A stretch of 64,000 nucleotides of DNA. Origin: Chloroflexota bacterium. Its GTDB lineage: Bacteria > Chloroflexota > UBA11872 > VXOZ01. The stretch is taken from assembly GCA_963663275.1 (NCBI GenBank), contig OY760183.1, forward strand, positions 3,008,001 through 3,072,000. Reading direction: 5' to 3'. Numbering within the stretch: position 1 is the stretch's first letter; every line of letters starts with the position of its first letter. The notes beneath the pieces were generated by a model, which saw nothing but the letters and a program-made list of their open reading frames with translations, ran no database searches and was not told the DNA's origin. Of the stretch, positions 9,768-19,636 are shown in pieces. A program made the translations under genes and the position numbers.

Positions 9768-9957
9768 CCGGTAGCGCAGGTTTGCAACCTGCTTCTTTAT
9801 TCTTACACCGGGTCAATCTCGTTCCTCCGGTAGCGCAGGTTTGCAACCTGCGTCCTCCGCAGGGTCTACCTCGTTCCTCCGGTAGCGCAGGTCTGTAACC
9901 TGCGTCCTCAATAGGGTCTGTTTCGTCTTTCCGGTAGCGCAGGTTTGTAGCCTGCGT
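9768..9957. repeat. GTAG-type REP family C tandem (GTAGCGCAGGTTTGCAACCTGCG) x4
   Basis: Palindromic units ~52-59 bp apart with related spacers. Confidence 0.85.
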
Positions 9958-10016
9958 CTTCCGCAGGGCCAGTCCGTTCCGCTAGCGTTCTGCTTGTTCC
10001 GGCGGGGGACAAGCCC

Positions 10017-11210
10017 CAATGCTGTCGCATTAACCGCTGAAGCGGAGTGCGCGGGGCAAGGAAGCGGCAAGCGTTCGCAGCCAGGAGACGCGAGTGCTGC
10101 TAGCTGGACGTAGTTCCTCCAAGAGCTGTGCGAGCACGGCCACGATGCTGGCGACCACCAAGGTGAGCCAGACGGCGGCACGGCTGTATCCAATGGGGCG
10201 GATTGCGCCCAACACATGCTTCAGCCAGCGAAAGAACAACTCGATCTGCCAGCGCTTGCGGTAGAGCCACACCACCTCTGGAGCGCTCAGGTCGTGACGG
10301 TCGGTGATGAAGTGGTGCGTTTTCCCCTGCGCCGTGCGGCTGACCACCAGGCGCATCTCTGCTAAGACCGCGCCGTTGCGGTTGTTGGCGCTGCCCAGCA
10401 CGATCACCGCGTCCCGCACCACCACGTCTCCTGCCGGCGTGCGCGCGCCGGTCACGGCACGCTCGCGCACCACGCAGTAGGCAGCCTGCGGGTGCAGGCG
10501 CGTCACGAAGTGCACACCTGCCTCCCGCATCTGCGCAAAGACCCGATGCGCGTAGTAGCCCAAGTCTAGCAAGAGCGTCCAGCCCTGCCACCGCGCCAGA
10601 TCCCAACGCTTGAACGCCGTCACGTCATTCGCGTCCGCCAACGTCACCTGTAACCGCGTCGGCACCTGTGTGTCCACGGCATATGCCATCTGCAGCCGTA
10701 CTCCCGCCTCATGCCCTTGGTGCACGCTCCACGGACTACACGCCGCGCTCAGCGCCAGAAAACTGCCGTCCACCGCCACCACCCGCCGTACGTGCGCCGG
10801 CCCACGTGCTTGCACCTGCCGCGCCAACACCTCCCACGCCGCCGTAAAACACGCCAACGGCCGCGTCTGGGATGAACGTGCCAACTGACTGTAACTTATG
10901 CCCGACGCTAAACCCAACCGCCGTCGCCACACCACATCACCCATCTGCAGCCCATGGCTTTGCCGCAGGCTCCCACTCCCACTCAGCACGTGACCAAGCA
11001 GCATCCCCACATGCGCTCGCACCGAAAAATGCTTGCGATAGCGATCCGCTCCCCTCACCCGTGCTGCCGCCGTCAGCGCCGGCTCCAACTCACGCCATAG
11101 CCGCCGTCCTACTCCTACCGTCTGTGCTACCATTAGCCAAGGCTCCTTTGTAAGATATATCGCTCATTACCTTACTAAAGTAGCCCCTTCACTTTAATGC
11201 GACAACATTG
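10017..11210 (-). mobile_element. IS4-family insertion sequence with 17-bp terminal IRs and 11-bp target duplication
   Basis: CAATGCTGTCGCATTAA (10017-10033) vs TTAATGCGACAACATTG (11194-11210), 1 mismatch; GGGACAAGCCC on both flanks (10006-10016, 11211-11221). Confidence 0.92.
10030..11133 (-). CDS. IS4-family DDE transposase
   Basis: VAVDGS, LLDLGYY and YRKRWQIELFFRWLK (YREK) motifs. Confidence 0.93.
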   Translation of the reverse strand: MVAQTVGVGRRLWRELEPALTAAARVRGADRYRKHFSVRAHVGMLLGHVLSGSGSLRQSHGLQMGDVVWRRRLGLASGISYSQLARSSQTRPLACFTAAWEVLARQVQARGPAHVRRVVAVDGSFLALSAACSPWSVHQGHEAGVRLQMAYAVDTQVPTRLQVTLADANDVTAFKRWDLARWQGWTLLLDLGYYAHRVFAQMREAGVHFVTRLHPQAAYCVVRERAVTGARTPAGDVVVRDAVIVLGSANNRNGAVLAEMRLVVSRTAQGKTHHFITDRHDLSAPEVVWLYRKRWQIELFFRWLKHVLGAIRPIGYSRAAVWLTLVVASIVAVLAQLLEELRPASSTRVSWLRTLAASLPRALRFSG

Positions 11211-11249
11211 GGGACAAGCCCCCGCGCTACGTTAACGCGACAGCATTGT

Positions 11250-11391
11250 CCCCCCTCACCCTAACCCTCTCCCCCAGGAGAGGGAACCGGAGGCGAACTT
11301 TGCTCACTCTCTCGTGGGGAGAGGGTACCGGAGGCGCTCTTTCTTGCCCCCTCTCCACAGTCTCCTGGGGAGAGGGCCGGGGTGAGGGGAG
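11250..11391. repeat. REP-like family A cluster
   Basis: CCCTCACCCTAACCCTCTCCCC..GGGAGAGGG..GGGGTGAGGGG copies. Confidence 0.75.
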
Positions 11392-11502
11392 GGACGCCTC
11401 TCAGCGGTCTGTTTCGTCTCTCATCTGGAGAGCGTTTCCTCGCGCTCCCGGCGACAATCTCAAAGGGCTGGCTGATGGATTTTGGGTTTGGGTCTAAACC
11501 CC

Positions 11503-14085
11503 TTACTCCCGCGCCTTTTGCTTCAGTTCGTACAGCGCGCTGATGGCCTCCAGGGGAGTCATAGCGTCCACGTCCAGGTCGCGCAGCGCCGCCAGGGCCG
11601 GATGGGGGCCGCTGAAGAGCGGCATTTGGCCGGCGCCGTCCTGGCGTGGGGCCGGCGCCGGTTCGCCGCGCAGTTGCCGTTCCTCCAGTTCGTGCAGCAC
11701 CTGTTCCGCCCGCCGCAGCACCGGGCGCGGCAGGCCGGCCAGCTTAGCCACGTTGACGCCGTACGACCGGTCCGCGCCGCCCGGCGCCACCTTGTGCAGA
11801 AAGACCACGTTTCCCCGCTCTTCCAGCACGTCCACCCGGGAGTTCTTCACCCGGGGCAGCGTGCCTTCCAGTTCGGCCAGTTCGTGGAAGTGAGTGGCAA
11901 AGAGCGTCTTGCAGCGCAGGCCCGCGTGGTTGTGCAGGTATTCCAGCACGGCGCGGGCGATGGCCAGGCCGTCGTAGGTGCTGGTGCCGCGCCCCACCTC
12001 GTCGAAGACCACCAGCGAGCGCGGCGTCGCGTGGGTGAGGATGTAGCTCGTCTCCGTCATCTCCACCATGAAGGTGCTCGCGCCGGCCGCGATTTCGTCC
12101 TGCGCCCCCACCCGCGTGAAGATGCGGTCCACGATGCCGACGCGCGCCGACCGCGCCGCGACAAAGCTGCCCACCTGCGCCATCAGCACGGTGAGCGCCA
12201 CCTGGCGCAAGTACGTAGACTTGCCGGCCATGTTCGGCCCGGTGAGCACCACGATCTGTTGCTCCGCGTCCAGCCGCGCGTCGTTGGGAATGAAGGGCGC
12301 GCCCTCCAACGCCGCTTCCACCACCGGATGGCGGCCCTCGCTGATCTCGATGCAATCCCCCTCGTCCACCACCGGCCGCGCGTAGTTGCGGCGGGCGGCC
12401 GCCCTAGCGAACGCGGCCAGCACGTCCAGCGCGGCGAGGCCCTGCGCCAGCGCGCGCAAGCGCCGCTCTTCCGCCGCCACGCTCTCCACGATGCCCTCGA
12501 AGATCCGCTGCTCCAGGGCGCTCAGTTCTTCTTCCGCGTTCAGTATCAGCGATTCGGCGTCCTGCAACTCCGTGGTGCTGTAACGCTCGCCCGTGGTCAG
12601 GGTCTGCTTGCGCATGTAGCGTTCCGGCACGCTGTCCAGCGCGCCTTTGCTGACCTCCAGGTAGTAGCCGTAGACCTTGTTGTGGCCCACCCGGAGATTC
12701 TTGATGCCGGTGGCGTGCCGCTCCTTGGCCTCGAGATTCGCGATGAACGCCCGCGCTTCTTGCGCGCGCCGCGCCAGTTCGTCCAGTTCCGCGCTGTATC
12801 CCGGCTTGATTGGCGCTTCTCCCGGTTCCGCGCCAATGGCAGCGTCGAGCAGCGCCGCCACTTCCGGGGCCGGATCGAGCCGGTCGGCGCGCTCGTGGAT
12901 AGGCGGAGCCGTCGATGCGCGCAGCAGTTCTTCAATTGTTGCCGCCGCCTCCAGCGACCGGCCCAAGCGCGCCAGGTCCTGCGGCGTGGCCAGACGCTGC
13001 GCGGCGCGGTGGGCCAGCCGCTCCACGTCGGCCAACTTCCCCAGTTGCTCGCGCAGCCGCTCCAGCACAACCCGGTCCTGCGTCAAGGCTTCGACCGTCT
13101 CCAGGCGCGCCTCGATGGCGGCCACGTCCACCAGGGGCTGCGTCAGCCACTGGCGCAGCAGGCGGCCGCCCATCGCGCTGCGCGTCTCATCCAACACGCC
13201 CAGCAGCGAACCCTCTTCCTGTTGCGTGCGGCTGTTGCGCACGATTTCCAGGTTGCGCAGCGTGGCGGGATCCAGGCCCATGAAGGAGTCGAGGGAGTAG
13301 GTGCGCAGACCGTCCAAACTGCCGAGGAACGACTTCTGGGTCTCTTCCAGATAGGCCAGCAGCCCGCCGGCGGCGCGGGTCGCCAGCGGCAGATCGGCGC
13401 AGCCAAAGCCGTCCAGCGTGGCGACGCCGAGCACCCGCAGCAGCGTGCTCGTCGCTTCCTGCAAATCGAAGTGCCACGCGGCATAGGACATCTGCGAAAC
13501 AGCCGTCGTCTGAGGCTGGGCAGGCAGTTCCAGCGTCGCGCCTTCGGGGAGAACGCACTCCGCCGGTTGCAGACGCCCCAATTCAGCGGCCAGGACGGCC
13601 TCGGCATCCTCCCGGATCTCGGTCGCGGCGAACTCGCCCGTGCTCACGTCCGCATACGCCAGTCCGACGCGCTTCTTGGCCCGCACGACTGCCGCGACGT
13701 AGGTGTGCTCTTTGGCCGCCAGCAGATCGGGGTCGACGATCGTGCCCGGCGTAGCCACGCGCACCACCGCGCGCTCCACCAGTCCGTGCCCCGGCTCCGA
13801 GACCTGTTCGCAGATCGCGACGCGGTGCCCCGCCGCCAGCAATTGTCCCAGATACCGTTCTGCGGCGTGGGCGGGCACGCCGCACATGGGCATCTTCTCG
13901 CGCTTGCCGAATTCCCGGGCCGTGAGGACGATCTGCAAGGTCTCGGCAGCCACCTTGGCGTCATCCCCGAACAGTTCGTAGAAGTCGCCGAGGCGAAAGA
14001 ACAGCAAGGCATCCGGGTAATTGCCCTTGATGCGGTAGTACTGCTCTTGAATCGGCGTCAGGCCGCGGGCAGAGGACTTTGGCAT
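11503..14085 (-). CDS. mutS: DNA mismatch repair protein MutS
   Basis: LFFRLGDFYELF, TGPNMAGKSTYLRQ, STFMVEM, DEVGRGTST, SYGVNVAKLAG. Confidence 0.97.
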   Translation of the reverse strand: MPKSSARGLTPIQEQYYRIKGNYPDALLFFRLGDFYELFGDDAKVAAETLQIVLTAREFGKREKMPMCGVPAHAAERYLGQLLAAGHRVAICEQVSEPGHGLVERAVVRVATPGTIVDPDLLAAKEHTYVAAVVRAKKRVGLAYADVSTGEFAATEIREDAEAVLAAELGRLQPAECVLPEGATLELPAQPQTTAVSQMSYAAWHFDLQEATSTLLRVLGVATLDGFGCADLPLATRAAGGLLAYLEETQKSFLGSLDGLRTYSLDSFMGLDPATLRNLEIVRNSRTQQEEGSLLGVLDETRSAMGGRLLRQWLTQPLVDVAAIEARLETVEALTQDRVVLERLREQLGKLADVERLAHRAAQRLATPQDLARLGRSLEAAATIEELLRASTAPPIHERADRLDPAPEVAALLDAAIGAEPGEAPIKPGYSAELDELARRAQEARAFIANLEAKERHATGIKNLRVGHNKVYGYYLEVSKGALDSVPERYMRKQTLTTGERYSTTELQDAESLILNAEEELSALEQRIFEGIVESVAAEERRLRALAQGLAALDVLAAFARAAARRNYARPVVDEGDCIEISEGRHPVVEAALEGAPFIPNDARLDAEQQIVVLTGPNMAGKSTYLRQVALTVLMAQVGSFVAARSARVGIVDRIFTRVGAQDEIAAGASTFMVEMTETSYILTHATPRSLVVFDEVGRGTSTYDGLAIARAVLEYLHNHAGLRCKTLFATHFHELAELEGTLPRVKNSRVDVLEERGNVVFLHKVAPGGADRSYGVNVAKLAGLPRPVLRRAEQVLHELEERQLRGEPAPAPRQDGAGQMPLFSGPHPALAALRDLDVDAMTPLEAISALYELKQKARE

Positions 14086-14228
14086 CGAGACGCTGCTCTC
14101 CGGCGCGGGACGTTCGTCAACCCCGGCATTGGGAAATGGGATGGCCTTGCCACCATTCTAGGGAGGGCGATAGGCGCGTTCAAGCAGCGCCGGGTTTTCT
14201 GCTCCGGAGGGCGTCCAAGAGAGAGTAA

Positions 14229-14527
14229 CCGTCCATCCTTCGACAGGCTCAGGACGAACGGTTACTCTCTCTTGGACTTCCACAGTCTCAGGGTAAGTGG
14301 ATACTTTGTCTGGGACTTCCACGGGGCGACGTTTGGGTGAGAGTAAATGCCGTTCGCGCTGAGCCTGTCGAAGCGGAAGTGTCGGCAGGAAACAACCACC
14401 GTTCGCGCTGAGCCTGTCGAAGCGGGAATGTCGGCAGGAAGCAGCAACCGTTCGCGCTGAGCCCGTCGAAGCGGGAACGTCGGCAGGAAGCAGCAACCGT
14501 TCGCGCCGAGCCTGTCGAAGCGGGAAT
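14229..14527. repeat. REP-like family B, four direct copies at 49-bp period plus one inverted copy
   Basis: CCGTTCGCGCTGAGCCTGTCGAAGCGG at ~14350, 14399, 14448 and 14497, with near-identical spacers. Confidence 0.85.
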
Positions 14528-14548
14528 GGTTACTTGGTAAGGCGGGTG

Positions 14549-15601
14549 CTATGCGTCTTCGAGTATCCCCGGCCAGCGGTTGACGAACGCGAGCATCAGC
14601 GCGCTCAGGTTCGTCAACGAGTCGAGGTGGACCATCTCGAAGCCGTGGGTGTTCTCGCAGGGGAAGGCGAGCGCCGCGATGCGGCCGATGGCGGCTACCT
14701 TGCGGGCAATGGAGGCGTTCGTGCCGTAGGATTCGAAAGCGCCGTGCTGAATATCGAGACCGAGTTCTCCGGCGAGAGCGGCAAAGCGCCGCAAGAGCCT
14801 CTCGTCGTAGACGTTGTAGGCGTCCTTATAGACCAGCACCGGCGCGCCGCCGGCCTGTATGCCGTACTCTTTCGCCACCGGCGCAATCTCCAGCGCGATG
14901 TACGTATCGCCGGGCAGCGTGCGCGCCGCGTACGGCCCGCCGCCGCCGGCGTTTTCTTCCGTGCTGGAAAACACCAGGTACACGTCCTGCGGCGGCGGGC
15001 TCTCGGCCAGCGAGGAAGCCAGAGAAAGGAGAATCGCCACCGCGCCCTTGTCGTCCAGCGCATACGTGCCTACGTAGCCGCCGAGGCGCACTGGCCGCTT
15101 GCGCTCCCGCGCGACGACCGCCTTGCAGCCGGGGTGGACGCCCCGCGCCAGCAGCGCATGTTTGCCGAGTTTGGCGTCGAGGTAGCAGTCGGACCACTTC
15201 AGCGAGCGGCCGCCCTCGGCGCGGACGGCGTGGATGGGGCTTTCTTCCGTCACGTGCATCGCGCCAAAGCAGAGCACGGCGGGCACCGTGCCCTCGTCCC
15301 CCAGAATGTCCATGGGGCCTTCGCCGTACTTCCACGGGTACGTGCCGCCCAGGGTCGCCACGCGAATCTTGCCGTCGTCCTCGATGCGCTTGATGACGAG
15401 GCCGAGCTCGTCTTTGTGGGCGTCCAGGATCAACGGGCAGTCGCTGGCCGCGCCCGCGACCTTGGCGATGACGTTGCCGGCCGGGTCGTGCCACACGTCC
15501 CACGGCAGCGGCTCGAGGCGCTTGCGGAGCACCTCGTCGATCTCCCGCTCGTTGCCGACGGGAGAATGGGCCGCTGTCAATTCCGCGATGAGGTCGAACA
15601 T
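14549..15601 (-). CDS. M42-family (aminopeptidase/glucanase-like) metallopeptidase
   Basis: DAHKDELG, ALDDKG, STEE and THGFE ligands; the longer ORF extension upstream is translated REP repeat. Confidence 0.88.
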   Translation of the reverse strand: MFDLIAELTAAHSPVGNEREIDEVLRKRLEPLPWDVWHDPAGNVIAKVAGAASDCPLILDAHKDELGLVIKRIEDDGKIRVATLGGTYPWKYGEGPMDILGDEGTVPAVLCFGAMHVTEESPIHAVRAEGGRSLKWSDCYLDAKLGKHALLARGVHPGCKAVVARERKRPVRLGGYVGTYALDDKGAVAILLSLASSLAESPPPQDVYLVFSSTEENAGGGGPYAARTLPGDTYIALEIAPVAKEYGIQAGGAPVLVYKDAYNVYDERLLRRFAALAGELGLDIQHGAFESYGTNASIARKVAAIGRIAALAFPCENTHGFEMVHLDSLTNLSALMLAFVNRWPGILEDA

Positions 15602-15680
15602 TGGGCGTCTCGTGCGCTCTGCGCTACCATCCCATGACCGGGGCTTCTTCCCCTCCACCCTCCTGGCGCGCCACCACCCC

Positions 15681-15885
15681 CGTAGCGCGGGGGCTTGTCC
15701 CCCGCCTCCCGCGCGCCTCCATCCCCGTAGCGCGGGGGCTTGTCCCCCGCCGCCTGCGCGCCACCACCCCCGTAGCGCGGGGGCTTGTCCCCCGCCGCCC
15801 ACGCGTCTCCGTCCCCGTAGCGCGGGGGCTTGTCCCCCGCCGCCTGCGCGCCTCCGTCCCCGTAGCGCGGGGGCTTGTCCCCCGC
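15681..15885. repeat. GTAG-type REP family D tandem (CGTAGCGCGGGGGCTTGTCCCCCGC) x5, 45-bp period
   Basis: Five palindromic units; same unit at ~18333, ~63717 and split by the IS at 10001/11211. Confidence 0.9.
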
Positions 15886-15927
15886 CTCTTGGCGCAAATG
15901 GAAAACGCAATCCTGAACCGGGCCGCG

Positions 15928-16551
15928 CTAGAACAACGGCAACTTCACCGTGATGAACCGCCGGTGAATGCTGCCCAGCGCGTGCGCCGGGATGCGGTTC
16001 TCCGCCCGGTCGTTCGTCAACGCGCCGGCCACTTTCAAACTCAGGAGTTTATGCGTGAACGGGTCCACGCGCATCTCGTCCCAGTGCCCCACCTTGCCGT
16101 AGACGTCCCTTACGAACGTATTGCCGTCCAGTTCGGCGTCGGGCACGAAAGTATCCGGCAGAGCGGCGGCCGCCGCGTCCAAGCCGCCGTCGGCGCGGGC
16201 GCGCAGCGCCAGCGGCACCCCCGCGATCGAGTCCGCATCGGGAAAAGCCGCCAGCGTCTCGCGCAAGGCCGAGCGGCCGAGCGCCAGCGTCATCGCCTTG
16301 CCGGAAACGCCGCGCACCAGCGTCAGCGGGACCTGCACGCGCACGATGCCCGCCGCGGCCGTGGAGGGCATGGTCGCCCGCCCCTCACGCACCGCGGCCA
16401 CCTCGATCGGCGCGGCAACGACCAGATCCGGCTCGAGGAACAACACTATCGCCTTGACGCTCCGCGAGAGCGGATCGACGACGATGCCGCCAAGCGCGCC
16501 CAGCGCCTCCCCGTCTTCAGCCGAAATTGGCGCGCCCAGCGCTAGATCCAT
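15928..16551 (-). CDS. PRC-barrel-like domain protein
   Basis: Two PRC-like segments (GAPISAEDGEALGALGGIVVDP; VRDVYGKVGHWDEMRVDP). Confidence 0.6.
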   Translation of the reverse strand: MDLALGAPISAEDGEALGALGGIVVDPLSRSVKAIVLFLEPDLVVAAPIEVAAVREGRATMPSTAAAGIVRVQVPLTLVRGVSGKAMTLALGRSALRETLAAFPDADSIAGVPLALRARADGGLDAAAAALPDTFVPDAELDGNTFVRDVYGKVGHWDEMRVDPFTHKLLSLKVAGALTNDRAENRIPAHALGSIHRRFITVKLPLF

Positions 16552-16901
16552 CGGTTTTCTCCCATCACTCCCGTCATGCCGGCGGAAAGCCTGCCCCGCA
16601 GGTGACACGGGACCAGAGTTCATCTTCTCATCAAACCACGCCTCGCGCCGTGGATTGAGGCCATTGTAGCGAAAATGCTTTGCGCTGGCTAGCGGCCGCC
16701 GGCGCCTCGCCCGGACCGGGTTATCAATCACGCTCACGGCTGTCAGATCATTGCCGTGTGCGGCCATGACGCCCGTGGCGTAGCGAACGAAATCTCTTCA
16801 TCCAAGCAGCGGCAACCGGAACTGGCCCCGCGAGTCGTGCCCATCGCGCGGCGCAGCCCTGCCGACGAAGTCCCTTCTCCACCAATACACCGTACCGGTT
16901 G

Positions 16902-17195
16902 TCAGGTTTGTTTCGGCGCGACAGTGAGTTGAATGCCAAATGCCGCCAGCACTTTCATCACGGTGCCGATCCTGGGGTCGCGCTCACCGGAAAGCGCCTT
17001 GTACAGGCTGGGACGCCCCAGTTGCGTCTCCTGGGCGATGGCGGTCATGCCCCTGGCGCGCGCCACGTTGCCAACCGCCTTCATGAAGAACGCCGGGTCG
17101 TTCTCTTCCAGCGCGGCCTTCAAGTACTCGATGACTACCTCGTCATCGGTGAGATACGCGGCGCTGTCCCACGTGGTGTAGTGTTCTTTGTCCAT
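16902..17195 (-). CDS. Addiction-module antidote protein (HTH antitoxin)
   Basis: WDSAAYL..YL.AA.E..ARARGMT.IA...LYKALSG..DP. Confidence 0.9.
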   Translation of the reverse strand: MDKEHYTTWDSAAYLTDDEVVIEYLKAALEENDPAFFMKAVGNVARARGMTAIAQETQLGRPSLYKALSGERDPRIGTVMKVLAAFGIQLTVAPKQT

Positions 17196-17204
17196 GTCAT
17201 CACC

Positions 17205-17498
17205 TCAGACCTCATTCGCCATCTGTTGGGCGTGCCGTATGTCTCGCTCCTGGCTCGGCTTGTCGCCGCCGCAGAGCAGGATTACGACCCTCTGCCGGCG
17301 GATGGTGTAGTAGATGCGATAGCCTTGACCGACATTGACGCGGATTTCGCTAACGCCGCCTCCCACAGACTTGTGGTCTCCGAAATTGCCATCTTTAGCG
17401 CGGTCGATGCGAACCAGGATTTTCGCCTGCGCTCGTTTGTCGCGCAACCGAGTCAGCCAGCGCTCGAATCTCCCACTCTTGACTACCGCATATCCCAT
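17205..17498 (-). CDS. Addiction-module killer protein (RelE/HigB-type toxin)
   Basis: F..WL..LRD..GNFGD.KSVGGGVSE.R...G.GYRIY..LLCGGDK..Q..DI. Confidence 0.92.
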   Translation of the reverse strand: MGYAVVKSGRFERWLTRLRDKRAQAKILVRIDRAKDGNFGDHKSVGGGVSEIRVNVGQGYRIYYTIRRQRVVILLCGGDKPSQERDIRHAQQMANEV

Positions 17499-17504
17499 AC
17501 AGGC

Positions 17505-17533
17505 ATTGTATCCAAATGGATACGATTAGTCAA
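17505..17533 (-). promoter_or_regulatory. Sigma70 promoter with palindromic operator; leaderless TA transcript
   Basis: TTGACT-17-TACAAT, 6 nt before ATG; GTATCCAnnTGGATAC palindrome at 17508-17523. Confidence 0.75.
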
Positions 17534-17632
17534 GGGCTGTTGAGGCTTCCGCCAGTCGAGGTGTGGGCCAAAACCCGCAAGAGCACTTACGCCCGCCCAT
17601 GCCGGAAGAGGTGGCAAGACACCGCTGTTGGG

Positions 17633-18037
17633 CTACCGGCCCGGCACGGTCAGCGCCATGCTCACGACGAAGACCGCCAGCAATCCCCACCAGCGCCAGT
17701 CCGGAGGGCGCCAGCGTCCCTCGCTGCGGGTCTCAGTCCAGGCGAACGCGGCGAAGTGCGTCAGGCCCATCAGCAGCAGCGCGCCCCAGGCCCACCAGTG
17801 GCCGTCGCGGATGCCCCAGAACGCCAGCCCCCACCACGCCACGCCCATGATGAGGACGTGCATGGCAATGTGGCGCGAGAACGCCCGCAGTTCCGGCGCC
17901 GCGCCGGCCGCTAGACGCGAGGTGAGGATCTTGCCATACGGACCGTAGCCAAGCAGCGTGGCCACCGTGAGGGCAAAGTGGATGAGGGCTCCTCCAAGGA
18001 GCAGCAGCCAACCGAGGGTGAAGAGCGTTAATGGCAT
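17633..18037 (-). CDS. Hypothetical membrane protein (about 4 TM)
   Basis: Hydrophobic Trp-rich helices. Confidence 0.6.
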   Translation of the reverse strand: MPLTLFTLGWLLLLGGALIHFALTVATLLGYGPYGKILTSRLAAGAAPELRAFSRHIAMHVLIMGVAWWGLAFWGIRDGHWWAWGALLLMGLTHFAAFAWTETRSEGRWRPPDWRWWGLLAVFVVSMALTVPGR

Positions 18038-18226
18038 TGACAATCCCTGTCGCCTTTCCCGCCAACAGGACGCCTCACGGCCCGCCACGCCAGCCGCGCA
18101 ACCCAGGAGTTTTTCAATCCCTAGAATACCAGCTAACCCACGGCACGAGGGCGCGTCCCTCGTCTTGTCGCATTCAAATGCGGAGCGGCACTGCCAACGC
18201 GCCTCTCATCCGTTTGCCACGCGCCG

Positions 18227-18430
18227 GTAGGGGCACGACATGTCGTGCCCCTACCAGCGCACGCCGCGCCTCGTAGCGCGGGGGCCTTTCCGTCGCAGGT
18301 TACAAACCTGCGCTACCGGAGAACGCCGTACCGTAGCGCGGGGGCTTGTCCCCCGCCTCCCGGCGCAACTCCCTCTCCCTGGGACGGGCCTGGTTTCCCT
18401 CTCCCTGGGGAGAGGGTTAGGGTGAGGGGA
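18227..18430. repeat. Mosaic of REP families (GTAGGGGCACGACATGTCGTGCCCCTAC, then D, C, D, A)
   Basis: Different palindromes in series between 18037 and the MFS gene 3' end. Confidence 0.8.
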
Positions 18431-18436
18431 ATCCGC

Positions 18437-19636
18437 TCAGGACAACGCCCGCCGTTCGCGCAGGCGGCGCGTCTCCGGCACGAACCACGCCAGGTTGCCG
18501 GCGGCCAGCGCGCCGACGCCGGCCAGCACAATCGCGGCGAGGCCGAGACCCGTGAGGTCCGCCACCGCGCCCACCACTAGCGGCCCGCCGGTATTGCCGC
18601 CGTCGCCGATCAGCCGCCACAAGCCGAGAAACTCGCCCATGGCGTCTCGCGGCGCAAGATCGCTGCCGAGGGTCATCATCGTACCGGAGCCGAGACCGTT
18701 GCCAAGGCCCATGATCGCCGCCGCCGCCATCAGCGAAAGGTATCCGCCGGTCAGCGGCACCAGGCCCATGCCGATTCCGAGGATGATCATCGAGGGCACC
18801 GACGCCCACTTGCGCCCCATGCGGTCTTGCAGCAAGCCGGCGATGCCGAACAGCGACATGTCGATTGCCGCCGAAACCGTGAGAATCACCCCCACCGCCG
18901 CCACGTCCAAGCCCAGCACGGTGCCGCCGTAGAGCGGCACGATGATTTCGCGTCCCGCGCGGATCATCTGCGCCAGCACCTGGGCGCTGCCGGCGGCGAA
19001 GAGGTCGCGCCGGTAGGCGCCCACGATCTGCGCCATGGTGCGCCAGTGGGGGCGGGGACGCGCAACTCTGGCCGGCGCGCGCGATTCCGGCACGTACCGC
19101 AGCGTTATGAGCAGGGCCACGACCGCCAGCGCCGCCGCCAGCAGGAAGGGCGTGCGCAGCCCGAAATTCGCGCCCACGAACCCGCCGATGGCCGGGCTGG
19201 CGAACACGCCGATGCGGCTCACCCCGCCAAAGGCCGACAAGGCCCGGCCGCGCACTTCCAGCGGGATGACGTCCGAGATGAAGGCCATGCGCGAGAGCAT
19301 CCACATGGCCGTGCCGCCGCCTGAAATCAAGCGCAGCAGCACGAGCACGTAGAAATTCTCGATCAGGCCCATCAGAGCCAGGGAGACGCACGCCACACCC
19401 ACGCCCAGCAGCATCACCTTGCGGCTGCCAAAACGCGCCAGCATGACGCCGGACGGGAGGTCCATGGCCAGTGTGCCGATGCCCTTCGCGGCAACGGCCA
19501 GGCTCACCAGGCTGAACGAAACGCCGAAGGTCGTCGCGTAGATCGGCAGCGTGGGGATCAACAGGCCCAGGGTAAATGCCATCAGAAAGCTGGGCACGTA
19601 CACCGGCAGCAGGAGCGCAAAGATGCGGCGGCTCAT
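18437..19636 (-). CDS. MFS transporter
   Basis: About 12 TM; G.LARFGSR and DRMGRK loop motifs. Confidence 0.9.
   Translation of the reverse strand: MSRRIFALLLPVYVPSFLMAFTLGLLIPTLPIYATTFGVSFSLVSLAVAAKGIGTLAMDLPSGVMLARFGSRKVMLLGVGVACVSLALMGLIENFYVLVLLRLISGGGTAMWMLSRMAFISDVIPLEVRGRALSAFGGVSRIGVFASPAIGGFVGANFGLRTPFLLAAALAVVALLITLRYVPESRAPARVARPRPHWRTMAQIVGAYRRDLFAAGSAQVLAQMIRAGREIIVPLYGGTVLGLDVAAVGVILTVSAAIDMSLFGIAGLLQDRMGRKWASVPSMIILGIGMGLVPLTGGYLSLMAAAAIMGLGNGLGSGTMMTLGSDLAPRDAMGEFLGLWRLIGDGGNTGGPLVVGAVADLTGLGLAAIVLAGVGALAAGNLAWFVPETRRLRERRALS

Noticed and set aside
11482-14340. Long antisense/overlapping ORFs (e.g. 952 aa opposite mutS, 557 aa at 3272, 579 aa at 26338, 470 aa at 46751)
   Set aside because: Shadow ORFs expected in high-GC DNA opposite clearly identified genes
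14350-14527. Regularly spaced repeats resembling CRISPR arrays (also 9768-9957, 15681-15885, 19886-20120)
   Set aside because: Spacers are near-copies of each other, the units recur singly or inverted across the window, and there are no cas genes; these are REP tandems
15602-15910. N-terminal GGGGQAPALRG repeat extension of the M42 peptidase
   Set aside because: Translation of the family-D REP array; the peptidase fold begins at ATG 15601
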